A stretch of DNA of 32,000 nt from assembly GCF_000010625.1 (NCBI RefSeq), contig NC_010296.1:5790001-5822000 (forward strand). Reading direction: 5' to 3'. A program made the translations under genes and the position numbers. The stretch is from Microcystis aeruginosa NIES-843 (GTDB lineage Bacteria; Cyanobacteriota; Cyanobacteriia; Cyanobacteriales; Microcystaceae). Under the pieces are notes generated by a model. The model did not search any database. It worked only from the letters and a program-made list of their open reading frames with translations, and was not told the DNA's origin. Below are positions 17,208 to 26,528 of this stretch, piece by piece; within the stretch, counting starts at the first letter, position 1, and each line of letters begins with the position of its first letter.

Positions 17208-18245
17208 TCAAACTGTTGCTAATCTTGAACCGACGAGATTTTTCTTGACTAAAAGTTCCGCAATTTGTACAGCATTTAAAGCCGCACCCTTGCGAATTTG
17301 ATCGCCGCATAGCCACAATTCTAGACCGTTAGGATGGGAGATATCTTGACGAATGCGTCCCACTAATACTTCATCGCGACCGGTAGCATCAATTGGCATG
17401 GGAAAATAATTAGCGTCCCAATCTTCCACTAATTTTACCCCCGGAGCGGACTGAAGAATTTCTCTAGCCTTCACCACAGAAAAAGGCTGACTAAATTCTA
17501 GGTTAACCGATTCCGAATGGGCCCGCAGGACGGGAACCCTTACACAGGTGGCGCTAACCCGCAGCTCCGGACAAGCAAAAATCTTGCGGGTTTCGTTGAC
17601 CATTTTCATTTCTTCCTCGCAGTACCCTTGACCATTAATCGGTGTATTGTGGGGAAAAAGATTAAAAGCGAGGGGATAGGGAAAGGAATTAGTGGGAGGT
17701 TGCCGATTATCAAGAATTGCTTGCGCTTGCTCTTTTACCTCCTCCATGGCTCGCGCTCCAGCACCACTAGCGGACTGATAAGTAGAAACTACTACTCGCT
17801 CGATCGCCTGTACTTGGTGGAGAGGCCAGATCGCCACTCCTAAAAGAATTGTCGTACAGTTGGGATTAGCGATAATGCCCCGGTGATTGTCCACACTGTC
17901 GGGATTGATTTCCGGGACAACTAAAGGCACTTCGGGATTCATGCGAAAAGCACTGGAGTTATCGATCATCGTCGCACCCGACTCGACAATAGTTTTCGCC
18001 CAAGCTTTCGAGGTGGACCCCCCCGCAGAAGCAAGAACGATATCCACGTCCTGAAAAGAGCGCTCGTTTACCGCTTCGATGAGGAGACTTTCGCCCCGAA
18101 AATCGAGGGTTTTTCCAGCAGAACGCTCGGAAGCCAGTAATTTTAGACTAGCGAGAGGAAATTGACGACTAGCTAATAACTCTAGTAATTCCGTTCCCAC
18201 GGCCCCGGTGGCTCCTAAAATAGCGACCCGTACTTTTTGACTCAA
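17208..18245 (-). CDS. asd: aspartate-semialdehyde dehydrogenase
   Basis: 345 aa. Motifs VAILGATGAVG, IANPNCTT and SGAG. Full-length ASD. Confidence 0.97.
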   Translation of the reverse strand: MSQKVRVAILGATGAVGTELLELLASRQFPLASLKLLASERSAGKTLDFRGESLLIEAVNERSFQDVDIVLASAGGSTSKAWAKTIVESGATMIDNSSAFRMNPEVPLVVPEINPDSVDNHRGIIANPNCTTILLGVAIWPLHQVQAIERVVVSTYQSASGAGARAMEEVKEQAQAILDNRQPPTNSFPYPLAFNLFPHNTPINGQGYCEEEMKMVNETRKIFACPELRVSATCVRVPVLRAHSESVNLEFSQPFSVVKAREILQSAPGVKLVEDWDANYFPMPIDATGRDEVLVGRIRQDISHPNGLELWLCGDQIRKGAALNAVQIAELLVKKNLVGSRLATV

Positions 18246-18569
18246 ATTGTGTGACCTCCTGACGAGTTGGGTGATGATAATGATCCGAAGAAATCGTTAC
18301 AGTAAAAAATCTTTTTTGTCCACCGAGTTATTCTAAAACTTGGATTGATCGGCTTTTGATCAGCAAAATTTTCTGATTGGGCTTAACTGCCCCAAGGACG
18401 GAATAAATTAAATATACCCCATTGACCGCTAAAATAAAAAGATTGTGAGAGCTTGGGGAGCAACTGCAGCTATTCCCCTAGAATATCACGAGCGGGACGG
18501 ATCCACCGCAGGCGTAAACACCGCTCACCCTATTATAAACGTTCCTTGTCGTAAGAGCTAGAAAAATCA

Positions 18570-19964
18570 ATGAAAGTTATTCAGGAAAAGCTTCCTGCCA
18601 GTCAGATAGGTTTAGAAATTGAAATTCCCGCCGAAACCACGAAAAACACCCACGAGCAAGTGGTCAAGAATTTAGCGAAGTCGGTTAATATACCCGGTTT
18701 TCGCCCCGGCAAGGTTCCCCGTCAGATCCTTCTGCAAAGATTGGGAACTAAGGCGGTAAAAGCGGCGGTAATTGAGGAATTAATTGAAAATTGCCTCGAA
18801 TCTGCCCTGAAACAGGAGGGGATCGAGTCCCTGGGCAATCCACAGCTATTGTCTAAGTTTGAGGATTTGATCGCTGCCTATGAACCGGGTAAAGCTTTGA
18901 CTTTTTCAGTTTCCCTGGATGTGGCCCCGACAATTATTCTCGGAGATTACGAAAATCTGAGCGTTACTGCCGAAGAAACCGTTTATGATCCCGAATCCGT
19001 GGAAAATTGGTTTAAAGAGCGTCAAGAACAGTTAGCAACATTGGTTCCCGTGGAAGATCGCGGGGCGCAGCTGGGAGATGTGGCGATCGTTGATTATCGG
19101 GGCAAATCCGCCGAAACTGGCGAGGATATCCCGGATATTGACGGCGAAGATCTGCGGGTGGATATGGAAGCAGGACGCTTTATCGAGGGTATGGTGGAAG
19201 GAATTATCGGCATGAAACCGGAAGAAGTCAAAGAGATGACTTTGACTTTCCCGGAAGATTATCCCAAAGAAGATGTGGCAGCAAAAGCGGTAATCTTTAC
19301 AATTACGATGAAAGAGTTAAAAGCGAAGGAATTACCGGAGCTTGACGACGATTTTGCCCAAGAAGTCAGCGATCAGGAAACAATCGCCGAATTAAGAGCA
19401 AGTTTAGAGAAACGTTTCCAAGAACAAGCGGAGAAGGAAACCAAAGAAAGCATTGATGACGCTTTAACCAAGGAATTAGTCAAGGGTGCGACTTTAGATT
19501 TACCGGAGACGCTGATCGAAAAGGAAGTGACGCATATTTTGACCCAAAGCTTCATGCAGTTCCAACAAATGGGTCTAGATGTCAACCAGTTGTTTACAAA
19601 AGATAATATTCCCAAAATGCGGGAAAACGCCCGTCCCGATGCGATCGAAAGTCTGAAAGAGACTCTGGTGGTGCAGGAATTGGCTAAAGTCGCGGGCATT
19701 GAAGTCAGTCCCGAAGCGGTAGCGGAAAAAATCGCTAATATCATGTCCCAATTGTCCGATCGCGACATAGATATGCAGCGTCTGGAACAGGTGATCACTG
19801 AAGAAATGCTGGCGGAAAACACCCTGGAATGGCTGAAAGAAAAAGCTACTATCACCCTCGTCCCCAAAGGTTCCCTAGAGGAAGAAACAAGCGAGGAGGA
19901 GGAAACGGAAGAAACCTTGGCAGCCGCCGCAGTGGAAGTGTTGGCAGCCGAGGAAGAACCGTAA
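18570..19964 (+). CDS. tig: trigger factor
   Basis: 464 aa. The N-terminal ribosome-binding motif GFRPGKVP, the PPIase-like middle domain, an acidic C-terminal tail, and the conserved tig-clpP-clpX order. Confidence 0.95.
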   Translation: MKVIQEKLPASQIGLEIEIPAETTKNTHEQVVKNLAKSVNIPGFRPGKVPRQILLQRLGTKAVKAAVIEELIENCLESALKQEGIESLGNPQLLSKFEDLIAAYEPGKALTFSVSLDVAPTIILGDYENLSVTAEETVYDPESVENWFKERQEQLATLVPVEDRGAQLGDVAIVDYRGKSAETGEDIPDIDGEDLRVDMEAGRFIEGMVEGIIGMKPEEVKEMTLTFPEDYPKEDVAAKAVIFTITMKELKAKELPELDDDFAQEVSDQETIAELRASLEKRFQEQAEKETKESIDDALTKELVKGATLDLPETLIEKEVTHILTQSFMQFQQMGLDVNQLFTKDNIPKMRENARPDAIESLKETLVVQELAKVAGIEVSPEAVAEKIANIMSQLSDRDIDMQRLEQVITEEMLAENTLEWLKEKATITLVPKGSLEEETSEEEETEETLAAAAVEVLAAEEEP

Positions 19965-19977
19965 GGAGTTAGCAGTC

Positions 19978-20041
19978 GTGTTGGGTGTTGGGGTGTTGGG
20001 GTATTGGTTGAATTCCCCCATTCCCCCATTCCCCCATTCCC
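19978..20041 (+). repeat. G-rich (GTGTTGGG)n tract followed by (ATTCCCCC)3.7 octamer array
   Basis: GTGTTGGG TGTTGGGG TGTTGGGG TATTGG at 19978-20007. ATTCCCCC units at 20012, 20020 and 20028, plus a partial unit. Confidence 0.88.
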
Positions 20042-20195
20042 TGATAACTGATCACTGATAACCGATTCCTGCCAACCGGGGGAAACTTAGGGCATAATAG
20101 ATGGACAGAAGTGCTAAAGATGCTTAACATTTGCCAATAAAAGCTCCACAGCCAAGCAAAACCCCTAAGATTGTGATAGCGGAACCGAAAAAATT

Positions 20196-20897
20196 ATGCT
20201 CGAATCGAGATCACCTGACTACCCAATTACCAGTAATTGTCGCCCTGCTATCTACGCCAACACGGGGAGAAACTCCCTAGCTAACGTTTTACCCGTGGTA
20301 ATCGAACAGTCTGGCATGGGTGAACGGGCTTTTGATATCTATTCTCGACTCTTGCGCGAGAGAATTGTCTTTTTGGGAACCCCCGTCGATGATCAGGTCG
20401 CTGATTCGATCGTTGCCCAACTCCTCTACTTGGAGGCAGAAGATCCCGAAAAAGATATCCAACTCTATATCAACTCCCCCGGTGGTTCCGTTTATGCCGG
20501 ACTAGCTATCTACGACACCATGCAACAAATTCGCCCCGACGTGGCGACAATTTGTTTCGGTTTAGCCGCTAGTATGGGAGCATTCCTGCTTTGTGGTGGC
20601 GCGGCAGGTAAACGGATGTCCCTACCCAGTAGCCGGATCATGATTCACCAACCCCTCGGCGGCGCCCAAGGTCAAGCTAGTGATATCGCCATCCAAGCCA
20701 AAGAGATCCTCTATATTAAACAGAGACTCAATACCATGCTGGCTCACCACACCGGTCAACCCTATGATCGCATCGCCAATGACACCGAACGGGACTTTTT
20801 CATGTCGGCCGTCGAAGCCAAAGAATATGGGTTAATCGATCTGGTGATTTCCCGTCCCGAACTGCCCGATCCTACCGTTCCCGTTACTTCCCTGTAA
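20196..20897 (+). CDS. clpP: ATP-dependent Clp protease proteolytic subunit
   Basis: Motifs [19 protein letters not shown], the catalytic-Ser context AASMGAFLL, and IMIHQP. The N-terminal ~35 aa may be a pro-peptide or an overcalled start (an in-frame GTG at VVIEQ is possible). Confidence 0.92.
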   Translation: MLESRSPDYPITSNCRPAIYANTGRNSLANVLPVVIEQSGMGERAFDIYSRLLRERIVFLGTPVDDQVADSIVAQLLYLEAEDPEKDIQLYINSPGGSVYAGLAIYDTMQQIRPDVATICFGLAASMGAFLLCGGAAGKRMSLPSSRIMIHQPLGGAQGQASDIAIQAKEILYIKQRLNTMLAHHTGQPYDRIANDTERDFFMSAVEAKEYGLIDLVISRPELPDPTVPVTSL

Positions 20898-20904
20898 ATA
20901 AACT

Positions 20905-22239
20905 ATGTCTAAGTACGACTCCCACCTCAAGTGTTCATTTTGCGGCAAATCCCAGGAACAAGTGCGAAAATTAATCGCCGGGCCGGGGGTCTATATCTGT
21001 GACGAGTGTGTGGAACTGTGTAACGAAATTCTCGATGAGGAATTGATGGAACCGCCCAGTCCGGTCGCCCCAGTGGAGGAACGTCCCAACAAACGGCGAT
21101 CGGGCCAAAACAAAACCACTTGGGAACAAATTCCCAAACCAAGAGAGATTAAAAAACACCTCGATGACTACGTTATTGGTCAAAATGAGGCGAAAAAAGT
21201 GCTTTCGGTGGCCGTTTATAACCATTACAAACGCCTCAAAGATATCCAAACCCAAAAAGCCGGTGGCGGTAGTCCAGAAGATAGCATCGAACTGCAAAAA
21301 TCTAATATTCTGTTAATTGGTCCCACAGGATCGGGAAAAACCCTTCTAGCTCAAACTCTGGCCAAAATCCTCGATGTACCTTTTGCCGTCGCCGATGCCA
21401 CCACTTTAACCGAGGCCGGTTATGTGGGGGAAGATGTGGAAAATATTCTCTTGCGTCTGTTACAAGTGGCAGATTTAGACGTGGAAGAAGCGCAGCGGGG
21501 CATTATCTACATCGATGAAATCGATAAAATTGCCCGCAAGAGCGAAAATACCTCGATTACCCGGGATGTGTCCGGAGAAGGGGTACAGCAAGCTTTACTG
21601 AAAATGTTAGAGGGAACGATCGCCAATGTTCCCCCCCAAGGCGGCCGCAAACACCCCTATCAGGATTGTATTCAGATCGACACCAGCAATATCCTGTTTA
21701 TCTGCGGTGGGGCGTTTGTCGGTTTAGATAAGGTGATCGATCAGCGTCTCGGTAAAAAATCCATGGGCTTTATTCAACCGGGAGATGGCCAAGCTAGTAA
21801 GGATAAGGTAGCGGCAGGGTTATTAAAACAAATGACTCCCGATGATTTAGTCAAATTTGGCATGATTCCAGAGTTTGTCGGTCGGATTCCCATCCTAGCG
21901 GCACTGTCACCCCTGGATGAGGAAGCTTTAATCGCTATCCTGACGCAACCCCGCAACGCTTTGGTGAAACAGTATCAAAAACTGTTGAAGATGGACAATG
22001 TACAGTTAGAGTTTAAATCTGATGCCGTCCTAGCGATCGCCCAAGAGGCCTATCGTCGCAAAACTGGGGCCCGGGCCCTGCGGGGTATTGTCGAGGAATT
22101 AATGCTCGATGTCATGTACGAATTGCCCTCGCGCAAAGACGTGAAACGATGTTTAATCACCCGCGAAATGGTGGAAAAACGTTCCACGGCAGAGCTATTG
22201 GTTCATCCTTCCTCTCTACCTAGTCAAGAATCCGCTTAA
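20905..22239 (+). CDS. clpX: ATP-dependent Clp protease ATP-binding subunit ClpX
   Basis: N-terminal Zn-binding C4 (CSFCG...CDEC), Walker A GPTGSGKT, Walker [10 protein letters not shown]. Confidence 0.97.
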   Translation: MSKYDSHLKCSFCGKSQEQVRKLIAGPGVYICDECVELCNEILDEELMEPPSPVAPVEERPNKRRSGQNKTTWEQIPKPREIKKHLDDYVIGQNEAKKVLSVAVYNHYKRLKDIQTQKAGGGSPEDSIELQKSNILLIGPTGSGKTLLAQTLAKILDVPFAVADATTLTEAGYVGEDVENILLRLLQVADLDVEEAQRGIIYIDEIDKIARKSENTSITRDVSGEGVQQALLKMLEGTIANVPPQGGRKHPYQDCIQIDTSNILFICGGAFVGLDKVIDQRLGKKSMGFIQPGDGQASKDKVAAGLLKQMTPDDLVKFGMIPEFVGRIPILAALSPLDEEALIAILTQPRNALVKQYQKLLKMDNVQLEFKSDAVLAIAQEAYRRKTGARALRGIVEELMLDVMYELPSRKDVKRCLITREMVEKRSTAELLVHPSSLPSQESA

Positions 22240-22260
22240 GGGGAAAAATCGAGGTTAACC

Positions 22261-22467
22261 ATGCTGAACACCGTTCCTGCGATCATCAAAGAAGGCCGGA
22301 TCGAACTCCTCGAATCCGTGCCGATTCCAGAGGGTACTAGGGTTTTAGTCACCCTCATCCCGGAGGAGACAAACTCGGATTTCTGGCAAAAAGTCAGCGA
22401 AACTGCACTGGCTAAGATTTGGGATAATCTGGAAGACGACATCTATGAACGATTACTCGAAGCTTGA
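22261..22467 (+). CDS. DUF104-like antitoxin
   Basis: 68 aa. The N-terminus AIIKEGRIELLESVPIPEGTRVLVTL resembles the AF2212/DUF104 antitoxin family. A GAGG SD lies 6 nt upstream. It overlaps the downstream toxin by 23 nt. Confidence 0.62.
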   Translation: MLNTVPAIIKEGRIELLESVPIPEGTRVLVTLIPEETNSDFWQKVSETALAKIWDNLEDDIYERLLEA

Positions 22468-22774
22468 AATCGTTCTCGTTCGTTATCCTTTTTCAGATTT
22501 AGCGGACGCTAAAATCAGACCGGTTATCATTGTTAGTTCTCCTCACCGTTCACGGGATGTTTTTCTGGTTCCCCTTACCAGTCGCATCAATAATTTACTG
22601 GAGGGCGAGTTTTTGCTGGAAGATTGGGAGAACGAGGGATTGAATGTACCGACGGCCGTTAAGCGGGGGATATACACAATCCAACAAGATTTACTCCTTA
22701 AGAGAATCGGACGACTATCGGAGACAGATGCGCGACGTTTGCAAAACTCTTTACGAGGATGGCTAGGTATCTAA
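22445..22774 (+). CDS. MazF/PemK-family endoribonuclease toxin
   Basis: 109 aa. LVRYPFSDLADAKIRPVIIVS...LVPLTSR...VPTAVK fits the PemK fold pattern. Confidence 0.8.
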   Translation: MNDYSKLEIVLVRYPFSDLADAKIRPVIIVSSPHRSRDVFLVPLTSRINNLLEGEFLLEDWENEGLNVPTAVKRGIYTIQQDLLLKRIGRLSETDARRLQNSLRGWLGI

Positions 22775-22779
22775 CTATC

Positions 22780-23637
22780 ATGAAAACTCAAATAATCGAT
22801 AAAACAATCACTGTTCGCGGTGTTCCCCACTATTACGAGTGGATTCGACAGTCGGAATCTGCCCAGAAAAAGCCAGTCATGGTGTTTATTCATGGTTGGG
22901 GAGGATCGGGACGCTATTGGCGATCGACTGCTGCGGCAGTTTGCGATCGCTTTGATTGTTTATTGTACGATATGCGGGGTTTTGGTCGGTCTAAATTGCC
23001 GGAAAAATCCCCCGATCTTTCCTACGATTTAGAAGAATATGCCCTTGATCTAGCATTGTTTTTAGATAGTTTGGAAATTGAAAAAATCTATCTCAATAGT
23101 CACTCTATGGGGGCATCGGTGGCGACTTTTTTTATTACTATGTACCCCGAAAGAGTGGTCAAAGCAGTTTTAACCTGTAATGGCATTTTTGAGTATAATA
23201 AAGCGGCTTTTGCTGCCTTCCATAAATTCGGTAAGTATGTGGTACAGTTTCGTTATGATTGGTTTTTAAAAGTACCTTTTGCCGATCAATTATTTATGGC
23301 GAGATTTTTGCATCGATCGATCCCAAAATCAGAAAGAATTGCTTTTTTAGAAGATTTTTTAGCGGCAGATTACGAGGCCGCCCTAGGCACAATTTATACA
23401 TCTGTGAGTAAAAAGGCAGTGGAAATTATGCCTGGTAAATTTGCTGAGATTAAGGTACCAACTCTTTTAGTATCAGGGGAAAAAGACATTATTATTCCTG
23501 CCAAAATGGGCAAAATGGCGGCGGATTTGAATAATAATATCCAGTATGTGGAGATGGCTAATACTGCTCACTTTCCCATGTTAGAAGATGCCCCTACTTA
23601 TCTAAGAAAATTGCAAGATTTTTTAGAAATTAATTAG
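22780..23637 (+). CDS. alpha/beta-fold hydrolase
   Basis: HGWGGSGRYW oxyanion region, the nucleophile elbow SHSMGA, and a C-terminal H in NTAHFP. An alternative start at 22759 would overlap the toxin gene. Confidence 0.85.
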   Translation: MKTQIIDKTITVRGVPHYYEWIRQSESAQKKPVMVFIHGWGGSGRYWRSTAAAVCDRFDCLLYDMRGFGRSKLPEKSPDLSYDLEEYALDLALFLDSLEIEKIYLNSHSMGASVATFFITMYPERVVKAVLTCNGIFEYNKAAFAAFHKFGKYVVQFRYDWFLKVPFADQLFMARFLHRSIPKSERIAFLEDFLAADYEAALGTIYTSVSKKAVEIMPGKFAEIKVPTLLVSGEKDIIIPAKMGKMAADLNNNIQYVEMANTAHFPMLEDAPTYLRKLQDFLEIN

Positions 23638-23640
23638 AAT

Positions 23641-23880
23641 TGGCTGAATAAATCTAAAAACCTTGTTGGGTAAGACTTTTAGACTTTTTGTCAATCAAAA
23701 AGTACCATATCTGGGAGTGATCGGGGGGAAAATTCAGGGACTTTTTCCCTAAAAATTAGGTAATTGACCAGATGAAAATCTGTAAAAACCTACACCCCAC
23801 ACCCCACCTGCCCCCCCGATGTCGGGGGGGTTGGGGGGGCCACACCCTGTCCCCACCAACAAACTTTTTCAGCATACCCT
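23641..23880 (-). repeat. dispersed repeat, copy B (inverted relative to copy A; carries an extra C7/G7 hairpin insertion)
   Basis: The reverse complement aligns with 2295-2505. Extra segment CCCCCCCGA-tg-TCGGGGGGG-ttGGGGGGG at about 23814-23839. Confidence 0.8.
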
Positions 23881-23898
23881 AATTAGAATGCCAAAAGG

Positions 23899-24849
23899 TC
23901 AGGAAAAACGCCCCAAGGCGACACCAATCAGGATAGTAACCCCGAAAAAGAGACGATACCAGACAAAAACCCAGGTACTCTGTTTTTTGAGATAATCTAA
24001 TAACCAAGCGATCGAAAGATAGGAAAATATCCCCGAGGAAATTACCCCAATACCCAGGGGAATTAATTCACTGGTGTTAATCTGGTCGAGAACGCCTTTA
24101 AATTCCACTAAACCGGCTAAAGTTATCGCCGGAATCCCCAACAGAAAGGAAAATCGCGCCGCTACGGCCCTTTCTAAACCCATGAATAACCCGGCAGTTA
24201 AGGTGGACCCAGAACGAGATACCCCCGGTATGAGGGCTAAAGCTTGGGCTAATCCCATTAAAACCCCGTCTTTTTGTCGCAAAGTCTCGAAACTGCGTTT
24301 ATGTTTCCCGATTTTTTCGGCCGTACCTAAGAGTAAAGCCATGACTATGGAGGCACAGGCGATCGCTGTCATGCTTCTCAGGGGGGAATTATCTAAATCG
24401 GGAATGAAAAGTTTCATTAACAAACCGAAGAAAACGATCGGAATTGTGCCTAGGATAATCCCCACGGCTAAACGAAAATCCTGGGAACGATAATCGGAAC
24501 TAGCCACCGCTTTCACCATTCCCGTGGATATTTGCCTTAAATCCTGCCAAAAATAGGACAATACCGCCGCAATACTGCCCAATTGAATCACTGCTGTATA
24601 GGTGACACCGGGATCTCCCCAACCCAAAAAGACGGGAATCGCTTTTAGATGAGCGGTACTGCTAATCGGCAAAAATTCCGTCACTCCCTGCACAAATCCC
24701 AAAAAAATTGCCTGTAACCAGTTAATTTTTGCCAGAGGTATGGCGCTAGTGGTTGATTGGGCAATGACGGCGGGTGTAATCGCCAAAATTACCGTTATTA
24801 TCGCTAGTCCTAGCCATTTATAGCTTTTTTTCAGTAAGGAAAACATCAT
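23899..24849 (-). CDS. uppP: undecaprenyl-diphosphate phosphatase
   Basis: 316 aa. Motifs GVTEFLPISSTAHL and PGVSRSG. Polytopic membrane protein. Confidence 0.93.
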   Translation of the reverse strand: MMFSLLKKSYKWLGLAIITVILAITPAVIAQSTTSAIPLAKINWLQAIFLGFVQGVTEFLPISSTAHLKAIPVFLGWGDPGVTYTAVIQLGSIAAVLSYFWQDLRQISTGMVKAVASSDYRSQDFRLAVGIILGTIPIVFFGLLMKLFIPDLDNSPLRSMTAIACASIVMALLLGTAEKIGKHKRSFETLRQKDGVLMGLAQALALIPGVSRSGSTLTAGLFMGLERAVAARFSFLLGIPAITLAGLVEFKGVLDQINTSELIPLGIGVISSGIFSYLSIAWLLDYLKKQSTWVFVWYRLFFGVTILIGVALGRFS

Positions 24850-24929
24850 TTTTCAGTAAAAAAAGGGGTTGGGTGTGGGGTGTGGGGAAATTAACTAATC
24901 AATATTACTGCCTTTTGTCTATTTCCCAT

Positions 24930-24957
24930 TCTCCTGTCTCCTGTCTCCTATCTCCTG
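24930..24957. repeat. (TCTCCTG)4 heptamer array (one unit is TCTCCTA)
   Basis: Direct reading in the uppP / peroxiredoxin divergent spacer. Confidence 0.88.
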
Positions 24958-24976
24958 ATTTAAGTATAAATACTTG

Positions 24977-25006
24977 TTGACAACTCATAGTCGTTATGAG
25001 TACACT
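24977..25006 (+). promoter_or_regulatory. candidate sigma70-type promoter with an embedded 7-5-7 palindromic operator
   Basis: TTGACA (24977-24982), an 18-nt spacer, then TACACT (25001-25006). ACTCATA-gtcgt-TATGAGT (24983-25001) fills the spacer. ATGAGTAC recurs 30 bp downstream at 25026-25033. Confidence 0.4.
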
Positions 25007-25059
25007 TAATTTAGACAAACTCAAAATGAGTACGACTTAGCAATTAGGAGTTGACGATT

Positions 25060-25791
25060 ATGCTACCAAACCGAGAAGGGCAGAGAGTTCCCGATGTCAC
25101 CTTTCCTGTACGTCAAAATAATCAATGGGTGAACATCACCAGCGAGGAATTATTCAAAGGAAAAACCGTTGTTCTTTTTGCCTTACCCGGGGCATTCACT
25201 CCCACCTGTTCCACCTCCCATTTACCCGGATATAACGAATTAGCCCCAGTTTTTCGGGAAAATGGCGTAGATAGTATTGTTTGCTTGTCGGTGAATGATA
25301 CCTTTGTCATGAACGAGTGGGCAAAAGATCAAGAATGTGATAATGTCGTCTTGATTCCCGACGGCAACGGCGAATTTAGCGCAGGGATGGGGATGTTAGT
25401 CGATAAAGCTGACTTAGGTTTCGGTCAACGTTCTTGGCGCTATTCGATGCTAGTCAAAGATGGTGTTATCGAGAAAATGTTCATCGAACCAGAAGAACCG
25501 GGAGATCCTTTCAAAGTCTCCGATGCGGAAACGATGTTAAACTACATCAACCCAGAAGCCAAAAAACCGCCTTTAGTCTCTCTTTTCTCGAAAGTCGGCT
25601 GTCCCTACTGCCTCCGGGCTAAGAAAATGTTAGAAGAAAAAGGGCTACAATACGAAGAAATTATCCTCGGACGCGATGCCACCAGTCGTTCTCTGCGGGC
25701 CATGAGTGGCAATACCACCACCCCGCAAGTCTTCATTAACGGGCAATTAATTGGCGGTTCGGAAGAATTAGCGGCTTATTTGGGAGCATAA
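25060..25791 (+). CDS. hybrid peroxiredoxin-glutaredoxin (Prx5-type Prx fused to Grx, PGdx-like)
   Basis: PGAFTPTCS peroxidatic Cys motif in the N-terminal half and CPYC glutaredoxin motif in the C-terminal half. I chose the ATG at 25060 (AGGAG 9 nt upstream) over the TTG at 25051. Confidence 0.9.
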   Translation: MLPNREGQRVPDVTFPVRQNNQWVNITSEELFKGKTVVLFALPGAFTPTCSTSHLPGYNELAPVFRENGVDSIVCLSVNDTFVMNEWAKDQECDNVVLIPDGNGEFSAGMGMLVDKADLGFGQRSWRYSMLVKDGVIEKMFIEPEEPGDPFKVSDAETMLNYINPEAKKPPLVSLFSKVGCPYCLRAKKMLEEKGLQYEEIILGRDATSRSLRAMSGNTTTPQVFINGQLIGGSEELAAYLGA

Positions 25792-25999
25792 TCAATCAGT
25801 TAGACCTCAAGTTATCTTTCCATTGCAACTGGAGAGATATCTGTGAGAGGTTTTGCCCGGGCAAGTTAGAGCTTTTTTGTTGGGTGTGATTGTAGTCTGA
25901 TGTATTTCGTTAATCATTTATAGCGTTTCTCAGTCTTATAAAGTACACCATCTGTTGCCTGTTCCCTAACTAAAACCAGAAACTTTGTGCCTCACAAGT

Positions 26000-26350
26000 A
26001 TGAGAATTGCTGATTTTGTGAAAGCCCGTGACTTCATAAAGCCAAATGAAAAGGTAGTCGTTATCTTTACAGAGGGAAAACACTTTGTTCTCCACGATGA
26101 CAACACTGGTTCAACGGGTCAGTGGAAGATCGATCCCAATCGTGAAGTTGACCGTATTATTCTTTATCATCGTGATGATGAGAATAATGCGAATAATTTG
26201 TACATAGCGAACCATGCTGGTGCAGAGCCAGCAGACAGGGAAGGTCGATACGACATTCGATTAACTCATGTTCAGTACATAGGGGCAACATCCGTAAATT
26301 GGGTTGAGTTTGCTGAAGGTGGGCAAAACCCAATTCGGTATCTTCCTTGA
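26000..26350 (+). CDS. hypothetical protein (orphan, no recognisable motif)
   Basis: 116-aa ORF from the ATG at 26000 (the ORF track starts at the TTG at 25985). Mixed-charge, soluble-looking sequence. No SD is evident. Confidence 0.5.
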   Translation: MRIADFVKARDFIKPNEKVVVIFTEGKHFVLHDDNTGSTGQWKIDPNREVDRIILYHRDDENNANNLYIANHAGAEPADREGRYDIRLTHVQYIGATSVNWVEFAEGGQNPIRYLP

Positions 26351-26528
26351 TGTAGCTTTGATTACCTAAAATGTCGGATGAATGCCCCCGCTAGATTTTT
26401 CGACAAGATACTCACCTTTGCGGGGGATGAAATCCGACCAGAATATCAACCGCGAAGCACGATTTTAATTCTACCATTTGTAGGTAAACTGTGTTATACT
26501 TAATTTATCCAGGGTCGAAGATTAATCA

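Noticed and set aside
19373-20029. 218-aa minus-strand ORF (Ser/Thr-rich) antisense to tig. The same applies to antisense ORFs inside valS, icd, dxs, larB, rnj, dapA, asd, clpP, clpX, uppP and the Prx gene, and inside tnpB (9533-9814, 10142-10363).
   Set aside because: They lie entirely within well-supported genes on the opposite strand or in another frame. They have low-complexity composition and no motifs, which is typical of shadow ORFs.
2295-23880. The inverted 210-240-bp repeats as ends of a 21-kb composite transposon or genomic island.
   Set aside because: The interior is dominated by essential housekeeping genes with native HIP1 content, and there is no transposase at the ends. Independent MITE-like copies are the better explanation, although inversion remains possible.
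25805-25880. Possible terminator of the Prx5-Grx gene (imperfect long hairpin 25805-25851, GCCCGGGC palindrome, T6 at 25873-25878).
   Set aside because: The stems are interrupted, and the T-run is not adjacent to a convincing stem. It is too weak to call.
25985-26350. Possibility that the 121-aa ORF is the IS200/IS605 Y1 transposase TnpA for the adjacent TnpB.
   Set aside because: It has no HUH (His-hydrophobic-His) motif and no C-terminal catalytic Tyr context. It also appears to lie outside the left-end hairpin.
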